This document shows positions 16,615 to 24,516 of a stretch of 24,529 nucleotides of DNA, one piece after another (position 1 is the stretch's first letter; each line of letters begins with the position of its first letter). Position numbers and translations under genes: made by a program. The notes beneath the pieces are model-generated. The model had not been told where the DNA came from. It made no database searches and saw only the letters and a program-made list of their open reading frames with translations. Source of the stretch: a virus (lineage: Duplodnaviria > Caudoviricetes); IMG/VR virus record IMGVR_UViG_3300028594_000053, positions 1 to 24,529 of that record. The stretch is one strand, 5' to 3'.

Positions 16615-19600
16615 TTGATTAAAGTAATTGACAATCGCACGGACGAGGTCTTAAGCGACATTCCTAAGAACGGTAATATCATTGAAGGTACACATATAGA
16701 AGATGCAGAAAGTAAGGAAGAAACGCTCGATTTTACCGTGGTGAGTGATTACGAGGGACTAACGTCCCGTAACCGTTTATTGATAACTGATGATGATGGA
16801 TACTATAGGGAATTTGTTATCGAGAATATCGACGAGATAGACGAAGAAAAAACAGTATTTTCTAACGCTTCATATTTGGAGGACTTAGACAATGCGAAAC
16901 CAATTGCGCCGGATAGTAAAACGCAGTTGACCACCTTAGAGTGGGTAGAGTACGCAACGACCGGCACAACTTGGGAAGTTGGTAACGTCGAGTTTAGTGG
17001 AGTTCGTTCGATAAGTTGGACGGGCTATAATTCACCTTACGAATTACTTTCGATTATTGCGAACCGCTTCGAGATGGCCTTAAGATTCCGTGTGGAAGTC
17101 GAATATAACCGAGTGACAAAGCGTTACGTCGATTTGGTCCACATTAACCACTTATTCAACGGTAAAGAGATTGTAAGAGGCAAAGACTTAGTCGAGTTCA
17201 AGCGTCAAGAAAACACGGAAGAAATGGCAACGGCTTTAATCGCACTTGGGCCACAAACACAAGACGAGGACGGGAACGATTTACCGCGATTAACGGAAAT
17301 TGTCACCGACCGAAAAGCGAACGACAAATATAACAAGCCGGGCCAGTTCATATGGAAGTTATACGAACCATCAACAGAAAACGACAGCATGACCCGCAAG
17401 CGTTTAATTAGCTTGGCTAAAACGGAATTGAACAAGCGTTCAAGTCCTAAAATTGACTATGAAATATCGGCAGTCAACTTAGAGCAAAACTTTGGCCATG
17501 AGAAGGTCCGTAAATACGACAAGATTCGTATAAAAGATGTCGAGCTGGACCGATACGCAGAAGCCAATACTAAACGTATTGAACGCAACCTTTTAGACGA
17601 TTCAGACCGAAATTTCACGTTTGGGGACATCGTGGAGTACGAAAGCGAGGACTTGCGGAAATACTTTAATAGTATGTTGGCCACACTTCAACAAAGACTA
17701 GACGAAGCGGTCCGAAATACTGAAAATATTAAAATCGACATAGAAGACGAATTAAATAGTTATGAACGTAAAATCGAGAAATCAGACACAGCGCCCGACA
17801 ATCCAAAAGATGGCGACTTATGGCTTGATACAAGCGGCGTAACCAGTGTTTTATATAGATTTGAAGATGGCCGTTGGGTAAAATCGTCCGTAACCGAGGC
17901 CGAAGAAGTTGGGGCAATCACTAGAGAAGAAGCGCTTTATACTTCACTGATTAACACGAAAGAATCCTTACACGTTAAGCATTTAGATTTACAAAACAGC
18001 GTTTACGAACTACTCGAAAATGAGTATCTTGTGGACACCAACATTAAGAAAGCATTGAACGAACAAATCGGACAAGTAGACAAGATATTCACGCAGATAG
18101 AAGACGAACTATCCGTCATGGATAAGGACACGGCCACAATCGGTCGACTTATCAATGTGCAGGCTTTAATCGTTGAGTACAGAAATAAGGTTCAGTTCTT
18201 AAGCGAAGCAATCAAACAGGCGAACCAAGCAATTCAACAACGATTTAAACTACTACAAAGCCAGTACAGCGAACAAAAATATCTTGATGCCCTAGAGGCC
18301 ATCGCAGATAGATTTGAAGGCCTAGAGGTGGTAAATGGTCAACTTGTGGGCGATATAAGTATTTCCGAATCAGTCACAGAAATCATGCAAGAAGTGAAAG
18401 ACACTTACTTATCCGATGTCGTTAAGAAAGTTGATTATTCCACGGATATAAATGGAATCGTGAGCCGTCTAAGCGGTGCCGAATCGTCTATCGAGCAACA
18501 CGCCGACATGATACGCCAAAGAGTAACCAGTGATGAGTTACAGCAAGAAATGGACGGCATCGAAGTCGGTGGTCGGAACTTGATTCCAGGTACTAACTTT
18601 AAGCACGGTGAAGCGCCACCGGAAGGCTGGAAGGCGTGGGGCGCTGGTAGAATTAGAGATAGGATTGAAGCAGACGACTATTTCCTTGTGTTAACTGATA
18701 ACCCTAATAATTCCAGTTCGGGGACAATGGGCGTACAGACACCAATACTTACTGAACCCGTTGTCGCTGGACAAGAATATATTGTCACTGTTAAAGCGAA
18801 TCCGATGGCAGGTTTAGAGGTTTTCGATTACGCCTACCTTATGAACGTTGACGGTAACGAAGGCAACCAGGGCTTAGCGGATATTATCGGCGTGGACAAA
18901 GGCGAAAAACGCGCCGGGCAGTATAAAATTTACGAATATAAACTTGTGTTCAAACCGTGGTTTAGTGGACGCGCGCGTTTTATGTTTGGTGTTTATATAG
19001 AGAAAGGTACTTATAACTATTTCTATATGACCGAACCACAACTCGAAAAAGGGAATCAAGCGACCAAGTACACCCCAGCACCCGAAGACACAGGGGAAAC
19101 GCTCGAGAACTTAGAAACCCGCCTCGTTACCAATGAAACGAATATAGAGCAGACAGACAAACGGTTAAGTCTTAAAGCATCTAACACAGCGATAAACAAA
19201 TCACACGAAACGCTTTCTTATGCTTTATCTGAATTAACACTTGATAGCCGAAGCGGTCTTAACTTTACTTATGATTCAAACGGCATCATTAACGGTTATT
19301 CAGTCGGACCGGACGGCATTAAGCTAGACGGTAGCAAGATAGATATAACCGCCAGTGAGGAACTCACACTCGCAGTAAGAGGCGCACAAGGTAACGCGCT
19401 TGTGAATGATAACTTAATCGGCTATACCGATTTTTGGAATAACCCGGACGCCTTAACAAGTACGCATGTATTAACCGCGAACGACGAATCATTATCTAAG
19501 GCGATAACACTTGGACTTGACGTCGGTAAAGGGTGGTTATTCCTAAAACGTCGAGAAGGCGCACTGGTTTATATATGGACGCGTAACCACTCTAATAATG

Positions 19601-20853
19601 GCTATCCAAGTAACCGTTTCAGTGTGCAAGAAGGGGAGTATTATACATTCTCGGTCCTTTATGCGACCAATTGGAACAATCCCCCTAACTATGTCTATAT
19701 GCGCCGTGAATCAGACAGAAGACAGATTAGATTAGATATTAACGGCGGTGATGGTGTTGAAAGACATCGTTATAGATTAGGTGAAGTCAACGGCAGAATC
19801 ATTTATAAAATGACTTACACTTTCAAGGCGCCGTTTTCCGGTAATGATTGTTTTATGTTCTTTGGCATAAATAACAGAGCAGAAACCACAGCCGGAATAT
19901 ACATTTCTGAATGGAAACTCGAGAAATCCGCAACGGCCACACCTTACACCGTGGAAATGCGCGGCGATAATATCGTGTCACAAATCAATGCGGATAATTC
20001 TTCTATGAGAATCGCATCGAACAAACTAAGTATAGACGCCAGCGATTTAAAAATCGATGCGCAAAACATCGACTTAGTTGGTGACGTGAAAATGGTGAAC
20101 GGCCGCACGGTCATAAACGATTTGACGGCAGATAAAATATCCGGCGGAATATTGCGCGGCCAAAACGGCAACATGCAAGTCAATTTAAACAAGAATGAAA
20201 TAGACTTCTACGGTGAATCGACCATCAACTTTTGGAATGAGGCGAATATGTTCAGAATCGTTTATGATTCTTCCTTAAGTGATTCACGCCAAGTTATATC
20301 CGGATTCGGTACAGCCACGAATAAGGACGGTAATAACTTTGTTTACTTTGGTGGCGCGCACTACAACACAGACGGTAATATTAACGCCAACGGTTCCGGC
20401 TTCGCTGGTTTAACTGTCGGTGGTGGTGCCAACAGCGCACGACTGACTGGTGGTCAAGTTTATCTCGGTGGAGGTAATTCAAGCAGTGACATGGCCTTTG
20501 AAGTCGACTTCACGACGTCACTAAGTAACAGATACGCATATCTGAAACCACCAACGAGCGCCGACAACTATGTTTTAGGTCGTTCAAATACACCGTTCCA
20601 CAGCGTGTGGACATGGCGCATAAATAGTCTAAGATTTACAAATCTTAATGGCCACACAGAAATAAGGTACGACAACGGTAGCACGAACGGCGCCGGATTT
20701 AGATTTACAGAAACCGATGTTTACTTTGTCCGTGGTGGTTTATTCAGTATTAAAGAAGCTGTATCAAGGGCAGAAGCGAACCAAAAATCAATCAGTAATC
20801 TAATAGACCAAATTAGAAGTTTGGCGAACCGTGTTTATAACTTAGAAAACTAA
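16615..20853 (+). CDS. Tal / tail spike-fibre protein with two putative carbohydrate-binding modules
   Basis: N-terminal prophage tail domain (YREFVI, RYVDL, TALIALGP), PDNPKDGDLWLDT motif, coiled coil, two NL...(Q/K)LEK..AT.Y modules, IVSQIN segment. Confidence 0.88.
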   Translation: MIKVIDNRTDEVLSDIPKNGNIIEGTHIEDAESKEETLDFTVVSDYEGLTSRNRLLITDDDGYYREFVIENIDEIDEEKTVFSNASYLEDLDNAKPIAPDSKTQLTTLEWVEYATTGTTWEVGNVEFSGVRSISWTGYNSPYELLSIIANRFEMALRFRVEVEYNRVTKRYVDLVHINHLFNGKEIVRGKDLVEFKRQENTEEMATALIALGPQTQDEDGNDLPRLTEIVTDRKANDKYNKPGQFIWKLYEPSTENDSMTRKRLISLAKTELNKRSSPKIDYEISAVNLEQNFGHEKVRKYDKIRIKDVELDRYAEANTKRIERNLLDDSDRNFTFGDIVEYESEDLRKYFNSMLATLQQRLDEAVRNTENIKIDIEDELNSYERKIEKSDTAPDNPKDGDLWLDTSGVTSVLYRFEDGRWVKSSVTEAEEVGAITREEALYTSLINTKESLHVKHLDLQNSVYELLENEYLVDTNIKKALNEQIGQVDKIFTQIEDELSVMDKDTATIGRLINVQALIVEYRNKVQFLSEAIKQANQAIQQRFKLLQSQYSEQKYLDALEAIADRFEGLEVVNGQLVGDISISESVTEIMQEVKDTYLSDVVKKVDYSTDINGIVSRLSGAESSIEQHADMIRQRVTSDELQQEMDGIEVGGRNLIPGTNFKHGEAPPEGWKAWGAGRIRDRIEADDYFLVLTDNPNNSSSGTMGVQTPILTEPVVAGQEYIVTVKANPMAGLEVFDYAYLMNVDGNEGNQGLADIIGVDKGEKRAGQYKIYEYKLVFKPWFSGRARFMFGVYIEKGTYNYFYMTEPQLEKGNQATKYTPAPEDTGETLENLETRLVTNETNIEQTDKRLSLKASNTAINKSHETLSYALSELTLDSRSGLNFTYDSNGIINGYSVGPDGIKLDGSKIDITASEELTLAVRGAQGNALVNDNLIGYTDFWNNPDALTSTHVLTANDESLSKAITLGLDVGKGWLFLKRREGALVYIWTRNHSNNGYPSNRFSVQEGEYYTFSVLYATNWNNPPNYVYMRRESDRRQIRLDINGGDGVERHRYRLGEVNGRIIYKMTYTFKAPFSGNDCFMFFGINNRAETTAGIYISEWKLEKSATATPYTVEMRGDNIVSQINADNSSMRIASNKLSIDASDLKIDAQNIDLVGDVKMVNGRTVINDLTADKISGGILRGQNGNMQVNLNKNEIDFYGESTINFWNEANMFRIVYDSSLSDSRQVISGFGTATNKDGNNFVYFGGAHYNTDGNINANGSGFAGLTVGGGANSARLTGGQVYLGGGNSSSDMAFEVDFTTSLSNRYAYLKPPTSADNYVLGRSNTPFHSVWTWRINSLRFTNLNGHTEIRYDNGSTNGAGFRFTETDVYFVRGGLFSIKEAVSRAEANQKSISNLIDQIRSLANRVYNLEN

Positions 20854-20857
20854 TAAA

Positions 20858-20903
20858 GGGACACTGATAAATACGCTTAATAGCGGTTTGTCGGTGTCTT
20901 TTT
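20858..20903 (+). terminator. Intrinsic terminator after tal
   Basis: GGGACACTGATAAATACGCT-TAAT-AGCGGTTTGTCGGTGTCTT plus T run (with GU pairs). Confidence 0.75.
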
Positions 20904-20929
20904 ATATACATTTTTAGGAGGTGTCCACA

Positions 20930-21094
20930 ATGGAAATCAATTTCGAGACAGTAGAACAAGAACTTGGCGACACGATTAAACATTATGCAATGGAAAACGC
21001 GAGACTTAAAGCGCTAGTTAAGAAGTTGCAACAAGAAAACGAAGAAGCAGGATTCCAACAATCGCAAAACTATACAGAAGAAGTTAACAAATAA
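20930..21094 (+). CDS. Small coiled-coil hypothetical protein, 54 aa (not in ORF track)
   Basis: AGGAGGTG SD; MEINFETVEQELGDTIKHYAMENARLKALVKKLQQENEEAGFQQSQNYTEEVNK. Confidence 0.8.
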   Translation: MEINFETVEQELGDTIKHYAMENARLKALVKKLQQENEEAGFQQSQNYTEEVNK

Positions 21095-21112
21095 TATTAG
21101 GAGGCTTTTAAA

Positions 21113-21511
21113 ATGGCAAAAGACAACATTCAAACAACAGAATTAAAGTTTTATGTAGCGAGAATCAACAGAATTAACGAAAGTGTGGAAATTTTAAGAA
21201 CGAATCCGTGGAACGGCTTACTTGATTCCTTAGACAGCCCGGACGCCGATAGCGCTTTTCACGACAACACACTAGCGGCACAATTCGCGAACGGTCTTAA
21301 TGCAACATATAAAGAAAATGGTCTCGAAGATTATTATTGTTATGTGTTAAGGGATTCAAGCGCACAAACGCACATATCAAGAGATATTCCGGACGTCTTC
21401 TATAGAATCTTAGAAGAATACACAGCCACACAAGAAGAAATAGAAGAAGAAAGAGCAGCGGAAGAAAAAGCTAATGCAGAAGACGCAGCGGCCGACGGTG
21501 TGGAAGAATAG
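21113..21511 (+). CDS. Hypothetical protein with acidic C-terminus
   Basis: AGGAGG SD, 132 aa; no recognisable motif. Confidence 0.75.
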   Translation: MAKDNIQTTELKFYVARINRINESVEILRTNPWNGLLDSLDSPDADSAFHDNTLAAQFANGLNATYKENGLEDYYCYVLRDSSAQTHISRDIPDVFYRILEEYTATQEEIEEERAAEEKANAEDAAADGVEE

Positions 21512-21547
21512 ACCACCGCTTCACTTCAAACAGAAAGGGGCGAGATA

Positions 21548-21952
21548 ATGAGCGAACAACTGAATCAAGACAACGCAAAGAAAGAAATAAGGGAAGTGCT
21601 TAATCGTGAAAAGTTAAGCGTGCTTATCATTCCCGTTGTTTTGTTCACATTGGGGTATGGATTCCAATTGTTATTACAACCGGATATATTATTGCATTAC
21701 GCTTGGTACGAATTAATTAAAACAATAATATATGCCCACGCGATAGGGCTTTTGTTTATGCTTCTACCAATTGGCATAATCATAGGATATTTAACGACTG
21801 ATAGGTTTATTATGTTAGCAGCATCATATGTGCTTATTCTATTGTGGGGGATTTTAACGCTTAGTTACCTAATCGCGCCCCCACCTAACACAGCATGGCT
21901 TTATACCTCTTTAATGGTATATCTAACCTATTCTATGGCGGTAAAAATTTAA
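21548..21952 (+). CDS. Multi-pass (about 4 TM) membrane protein of the lysis cassette
   Basis: Four hydrophobic stretches; AAAGGGG SD. Confidence 0.75.
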   Translation: MSEQLNQDNAKKEIREVLNREKLSVLIIPVVLFTLGYGFQLLLQPDILLHYAWYELIKTIIYAHAIGLLFMLLPIGIIIGYLTTDRFIMLAASYVLILLWGILTLSYLIAPPPNTAWLYTSLMVYLTYSMAVKI

Positions 21953-21953
21953 A

Positions 21954-22217
21954 ATGTCTACCGACTATATTGTGTCTATCCTATTAGGTTTAATTAGTGC
22001 CGTCGCATTGTGGATAGGAAATCTTATAACTAATCGGCCTAAAAAAGATGAAACTAACGTTAACAAAATAAACACTATCTTATCCTATTATGAAAAGATT
22101 AACGATGATTGGGAAAAGCGTTACGAACGAGCGGAAGCGCGTAACCAAACATTATGCGATGAAAACGACCGTCTTAGAAAACGAATAAAGGAATTAGAGA
22201 ACAACGAAAGGAGGTGA
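21954..22217 (+). CDS. Single-TM coiled-coil protein, putative lysis accessory
   Basis: N-terminal IVSILLGLISAVALWIG followed by a charged coiled coil; starts 1 nt after the upstream stop. Confidence 0.7.
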   Translation: MSTDYIVSILLGLISAVALWIGNLITNRPKKDETNVNKINTILSYYEKINDDWEKRYERAEARNQTLCDENDRLRKRIKELENNERR

Positions 22218-22221
22218 GCAG

Positions 22222-22494
22222 ATGGCTAACACACAAAAGCAGCACAAGAACGATAAAATCAAGCAGTTTGTCGCTTTGATTGGTGGATTCTTAGGCGCTT
22301 TATATTTAGCCCTGCAATCTGTGGGAATCACGGCCGAATGGTTTAACCCGGATTCTATTAATGCATGGTTAGAAGTATTAAACGCAGGAATCCCGCTTCT
22401 ACTAATTGCTTATGGTATTTATAAGAATACCTTCGTAATTACAGACAAAGCGCGTAAGCAAGAACAAGAACTCGAAAGACAGGGCATGAAATAA
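22222..22494 (+). CDS. Holin (two TM, SPP1-like)
   Basis: Two hydrophobic segments, C-terminal YKNTFVITDKARKQEQEL..QGMK; AAGGAGGTGA SD. Confidence 0.78.
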   Translation: MANTQKQHKNDKIKQFVALIGGFLGALYLALQSVGITAEWFNPDSINAWLEVLNAGIPLLLIAYGIYKNTFVITDKARKQEQELERQGMK

Positions 22495-22500
22495 ATATAT

Positions 22501-22531
22501 AGACGACTTACTTAAGTAGGTCGTCTTTTTT
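22501..22531 (+). terminator. Intrinsic terminator between holin and endolysin unit
   Basis: AGACGACTTAC-TTAA-GTAGGTCGTCT plus T run. Confidence 0.8.
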
Positions 22532-22559
22532 ATGCCTAAATTTAAAAGGAGTGAAGGAC

Positions 22560-22745
22560 ATGGCAGAGAAAAAAGACGTATGGACACGCAATCAAGAATA
22601 CGGCGGTGTGGGGGAACCATTAGACGTTGAAAAAATCGAAGTCGAAGAATCCGCAGAAGGTTTTGAAGGATTCGAAGCGGACGAGGAAGTCGATGTCGAA
22701 AAACTACTCGCAGATGACCATGAAAAAATGGAGGGCGGTAAATAA
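22560..22745 (+). CDS. Small highly acidic protein (61 aa) coupled to endolysin
   Basis: AAAGGAG SD 8 nt before ATG 22560; 21 of 61 residues D/E; TAATG overlap with endolysin start. Confidence 0.75.
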   Translation: MAEKKDVWTRNQEYGGVGEPLDVEKIEVEESAEGFEGFEADEEVDVEKLLADDHEKMEGGK

Positions 22746-23845
22746 TGGCTTACACATTACAAAATCGTTGGACGCCTACGTCAATGTTAAGTGTTAAAGC
22801 GCCTTATGCGATGAACCCACAATATTTAACGATTCACAACACAGGTAACACGGCAAGCGCGATTAATGAAGCGAATTATATGAATGGTAATTGGAATCAA
22901 GTGAGTTACCACGTTGTTATTGATGAAAATTTTGTCATTCAATTGATACCATTTACGCGTAACGCTTGGCACGCCGGCGACGGACAAGGAACAGGAAACA
23001 GACGAAGCATCGGAATTGAAATCGCGCGTTCTATGGATAATGGTTACAGTGGTTCGATGTCTGAACGTTATTTACAAGCGCAAGAAAATGCAGCGTTATA
23101 TAGAGCCTATGTGCTAATTCAATACGGCTGGGGTACTGACAGACTAAGACAGCACTGGCATTGGTCAAGAAAAGATTGTCCACACAAAATGCGCGCGCAT
23201 GGTTATTGGGATTGGTTCGTTCGTCGCGTACAGCAACACATGAACGCGATTAAGAACGGCAAAAGCACAGGCAAGACTAAGCCAACTAAAACAGCGCCGA
23301 AAGCAAACGCACAGAAAGCTAAAAACGGCAGTTACAAAGTTAAAAAAGGCGACACACTTTGGGGCATTGCAACAGCGAACAATACCACTGTGGACGCCTT
23401 AAAACAGCTTAATAATCTTAAATCGGCCAACATTAAACCAGGTCAAACATTAACCGTTAAGAAAGTTTCTAAGTCTATCGATAGAGCAAGTTGGGGCTAC
23501 CACTGGAGTGGTACTTTCACAGCAGACGCAGACATCGCAATTTATCGAGGCGACCAACATATGCGCCCACACTTACAAGTATCTGACGGACTTAAAAAAG
23601 GTCAATATTTAAACTTTGACCATCTGTTCATTAACAGTAAAGGTTATTGGATTCTACGTGTTAAATATGCACAGCCTGGTAGTAGTAACGATTATCACTT
23701 TATGCCAGTCGGCAAGAAGAAAACAGGCGAAACATTCGAAGAAGCCATCAAGAACGGCAGCTTGTGGGGTAAAGTAACTAAGTTGAACACCAACGAAAAA
23801 ACATCGGGCGTTACTAACTGGCACAAGAAAGAATCTGTAAAATAA
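22745..23845 (+). CDS. Endolysin: Amidase_2 N-acetylmuramoyl-L-alanine amidase + LysM + possible SH3-like C-terminal domain
   Basis: TIHNTGN, SYH, NAWHAGDG, SIGIEI, HWHWSRKDCP zinc-amidase motifs; LysM YKVKKGDTLWGIA...IKPGQTL. Confidence 0.95.
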   Translation: MAYTLQNRWTPTSMLSVKAPYAMNPQYLTIHNTGNTASAINEANYMNGNWNQVSYHVVIDENFVIQLIPFTRNAWHAGDGQGTGNRRSIGIEIARSMDNGYSGSMSERYLQAQENAALYRAYVLIQYGWGTDRLRQHWHWSRKDCPHKMRAHGYWDWFVRRVQQHMNAIKNGKSTGKTKPTKTAPKANAQKAKNGSYKVKKGDTLWGIATANNTTVDALKQLNNLKSANIKPGQTLTVKKVSKSIDRASWGYHWSGTFTADADIAIYRGDQHMRPHLQVSDGLKKGQYLNFDHLFINSKGYWILRVKYAQPGSSNDYHFMPVGKKKTGETFEEAIKNGSLWGKVTKLNTNEKTSGVTNWHKKESVK

Positions 23846-23848
23846 TAT

Positions 23849-23878
23849 TAGACAAATCACTAACGAATGTAATATAAT
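23849..23878 (+). promoter_or_regulatory. SigA-like promoter
   Basis: TAGACA-N18-TATAAT directly after the endolysin stop. Confidence 0.65.
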
Positions 23879-23883
23879 AGATG

Positions 23884-24082
23884 CATGAATGAGCTGACGG
23901 AAATCGGCTGAATATTGTTATCTATACAAGGTTTATCTTTGAAGCGACACACTAGCCAATAACGGACGCGCAGCATTAGCCAATAACGATATATACTACA
24001 ATATATAATGATTTAACAAAATTGTCCCTTAGAATCGACGCTTTTATTCTCTTTGTTCTCGTCGGTCCTAAGGGCTTTTTTT
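23884..24082 (+). ncRNA. Candidate ~200-nt sRNA, possible type I antitoxin
   Basis: Promoter and terminator bracket a region with no SD-led ORF; internal repeat TAGCCAATAACG x2; convergent with small-peptide genes. Confidence 0.55.
24026..24082 (+). terminator. Terminator-like hairpin with 19-nt pyrimidine-rich loop, possibly bidirectional
   Basis: CCCTTAG-A-ATCGACG / CGTCGGT-C-CTAAGGG followed by T7. Confidence 0.75.
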
Positions 24083-24194
24083 ATTTTCGTTTTTCTGCTT
24101 TTTTATCTAAGTAATAAAAGTGTGTTCTACGAGCAATCATAATGAAAGTTGGTAACAATAGAATTAAGATGGTTAAAATCCATTTCATTTCCAA
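24081..24194 (-). CDS. Small membrane peptide B, 37 aa, type I toxin-like (not in ORF track)
   Basis: AGGAGG SD 9 nt before TTG; MEMKWILTILILLLPTFIMIARRTHFYYLDKKAEKRK. Confidence 0.75.
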   Translation of the reverse strand: MEMKWILTILILLLPTFIMIARRTHFYYLDKKAEKRK

Positions 24195-24263
24195 AACTTG
24201 AAACCTCCTATTATAATGTATATAATAATTTGTAAGGAGGGGCTTAACACCCCTACATTGTAA

Positions 24264-24389
24264 CTATTCTTGGTCTTTTCTATCTAAGTAACCAAGATGC
24301 CACAATCGAATTTGTTTAATCAATCCTGGAGTTATTAACACTATCGCAACTAGTGTTGGTGCCTCTAGGATTTTTTCGATTATGTGCAA
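24264..24389 (-). CDS. Small membrane peptide A, 41 aa, type I toxin-like (not in ORF track)
   Basis: SD TAAGGAGGTGAT before TTG; MHIIEKILEAPTLVAIVLITPGLIKQIRLWHLGYLDRKDQE. Confidence 0.8.
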   Translation of the reverse strand: MHIIEKILEAPTLVAIVLITPGLIKQIRLWHLGYLDRKDQE

Positions 24390-24414
24390 GGCGTATCACC
24401 TCCTTACATATATA

Positions 24415-24516
24415 ATTATACTATATAATTATATAAATGTATAGTATTATTTTGAAGAAAATTTATATTGTTTTTTTAATTAAATACTTTATAAATATAT
24501 AATTGTATAGTATACT
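24415..24516. promoter_or_regulatory. Divergent promoter pair within a 31-bp imperfect inverted repeat
   Basis: Minus strand TATACA-N17-TATAAT (24443-24415); plus strand TTTATA-N17-TATACT (24488-24516); arms 24417-24447 and 24484-24514 match 26/31. Confidence 0.5.

Noticed and set aside
1095-23860. Numerous antisense and alternate-frame ORFs in the track (e.g. 12355-13032, 4656-5087, 6561-6941, 9421-9645)
   Set aside because: They shadow well-supported phage genes and show no recognisable motifs.
23885-23911. Micro-ORF MNELTEIG at the start of the candidate sRNA
   Set aside because: Eight codons, no SD, no supporting feature; leaderless translation cannot be excluded but is unsupported.
23953-23988. 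TAGCCAATAACG repeat as a mini-CRISPR or type III antitoxin array
   Set aside because: Only two 12-nt copies with a 12-nt spacer; no cas or ToxN-like gene in the window.
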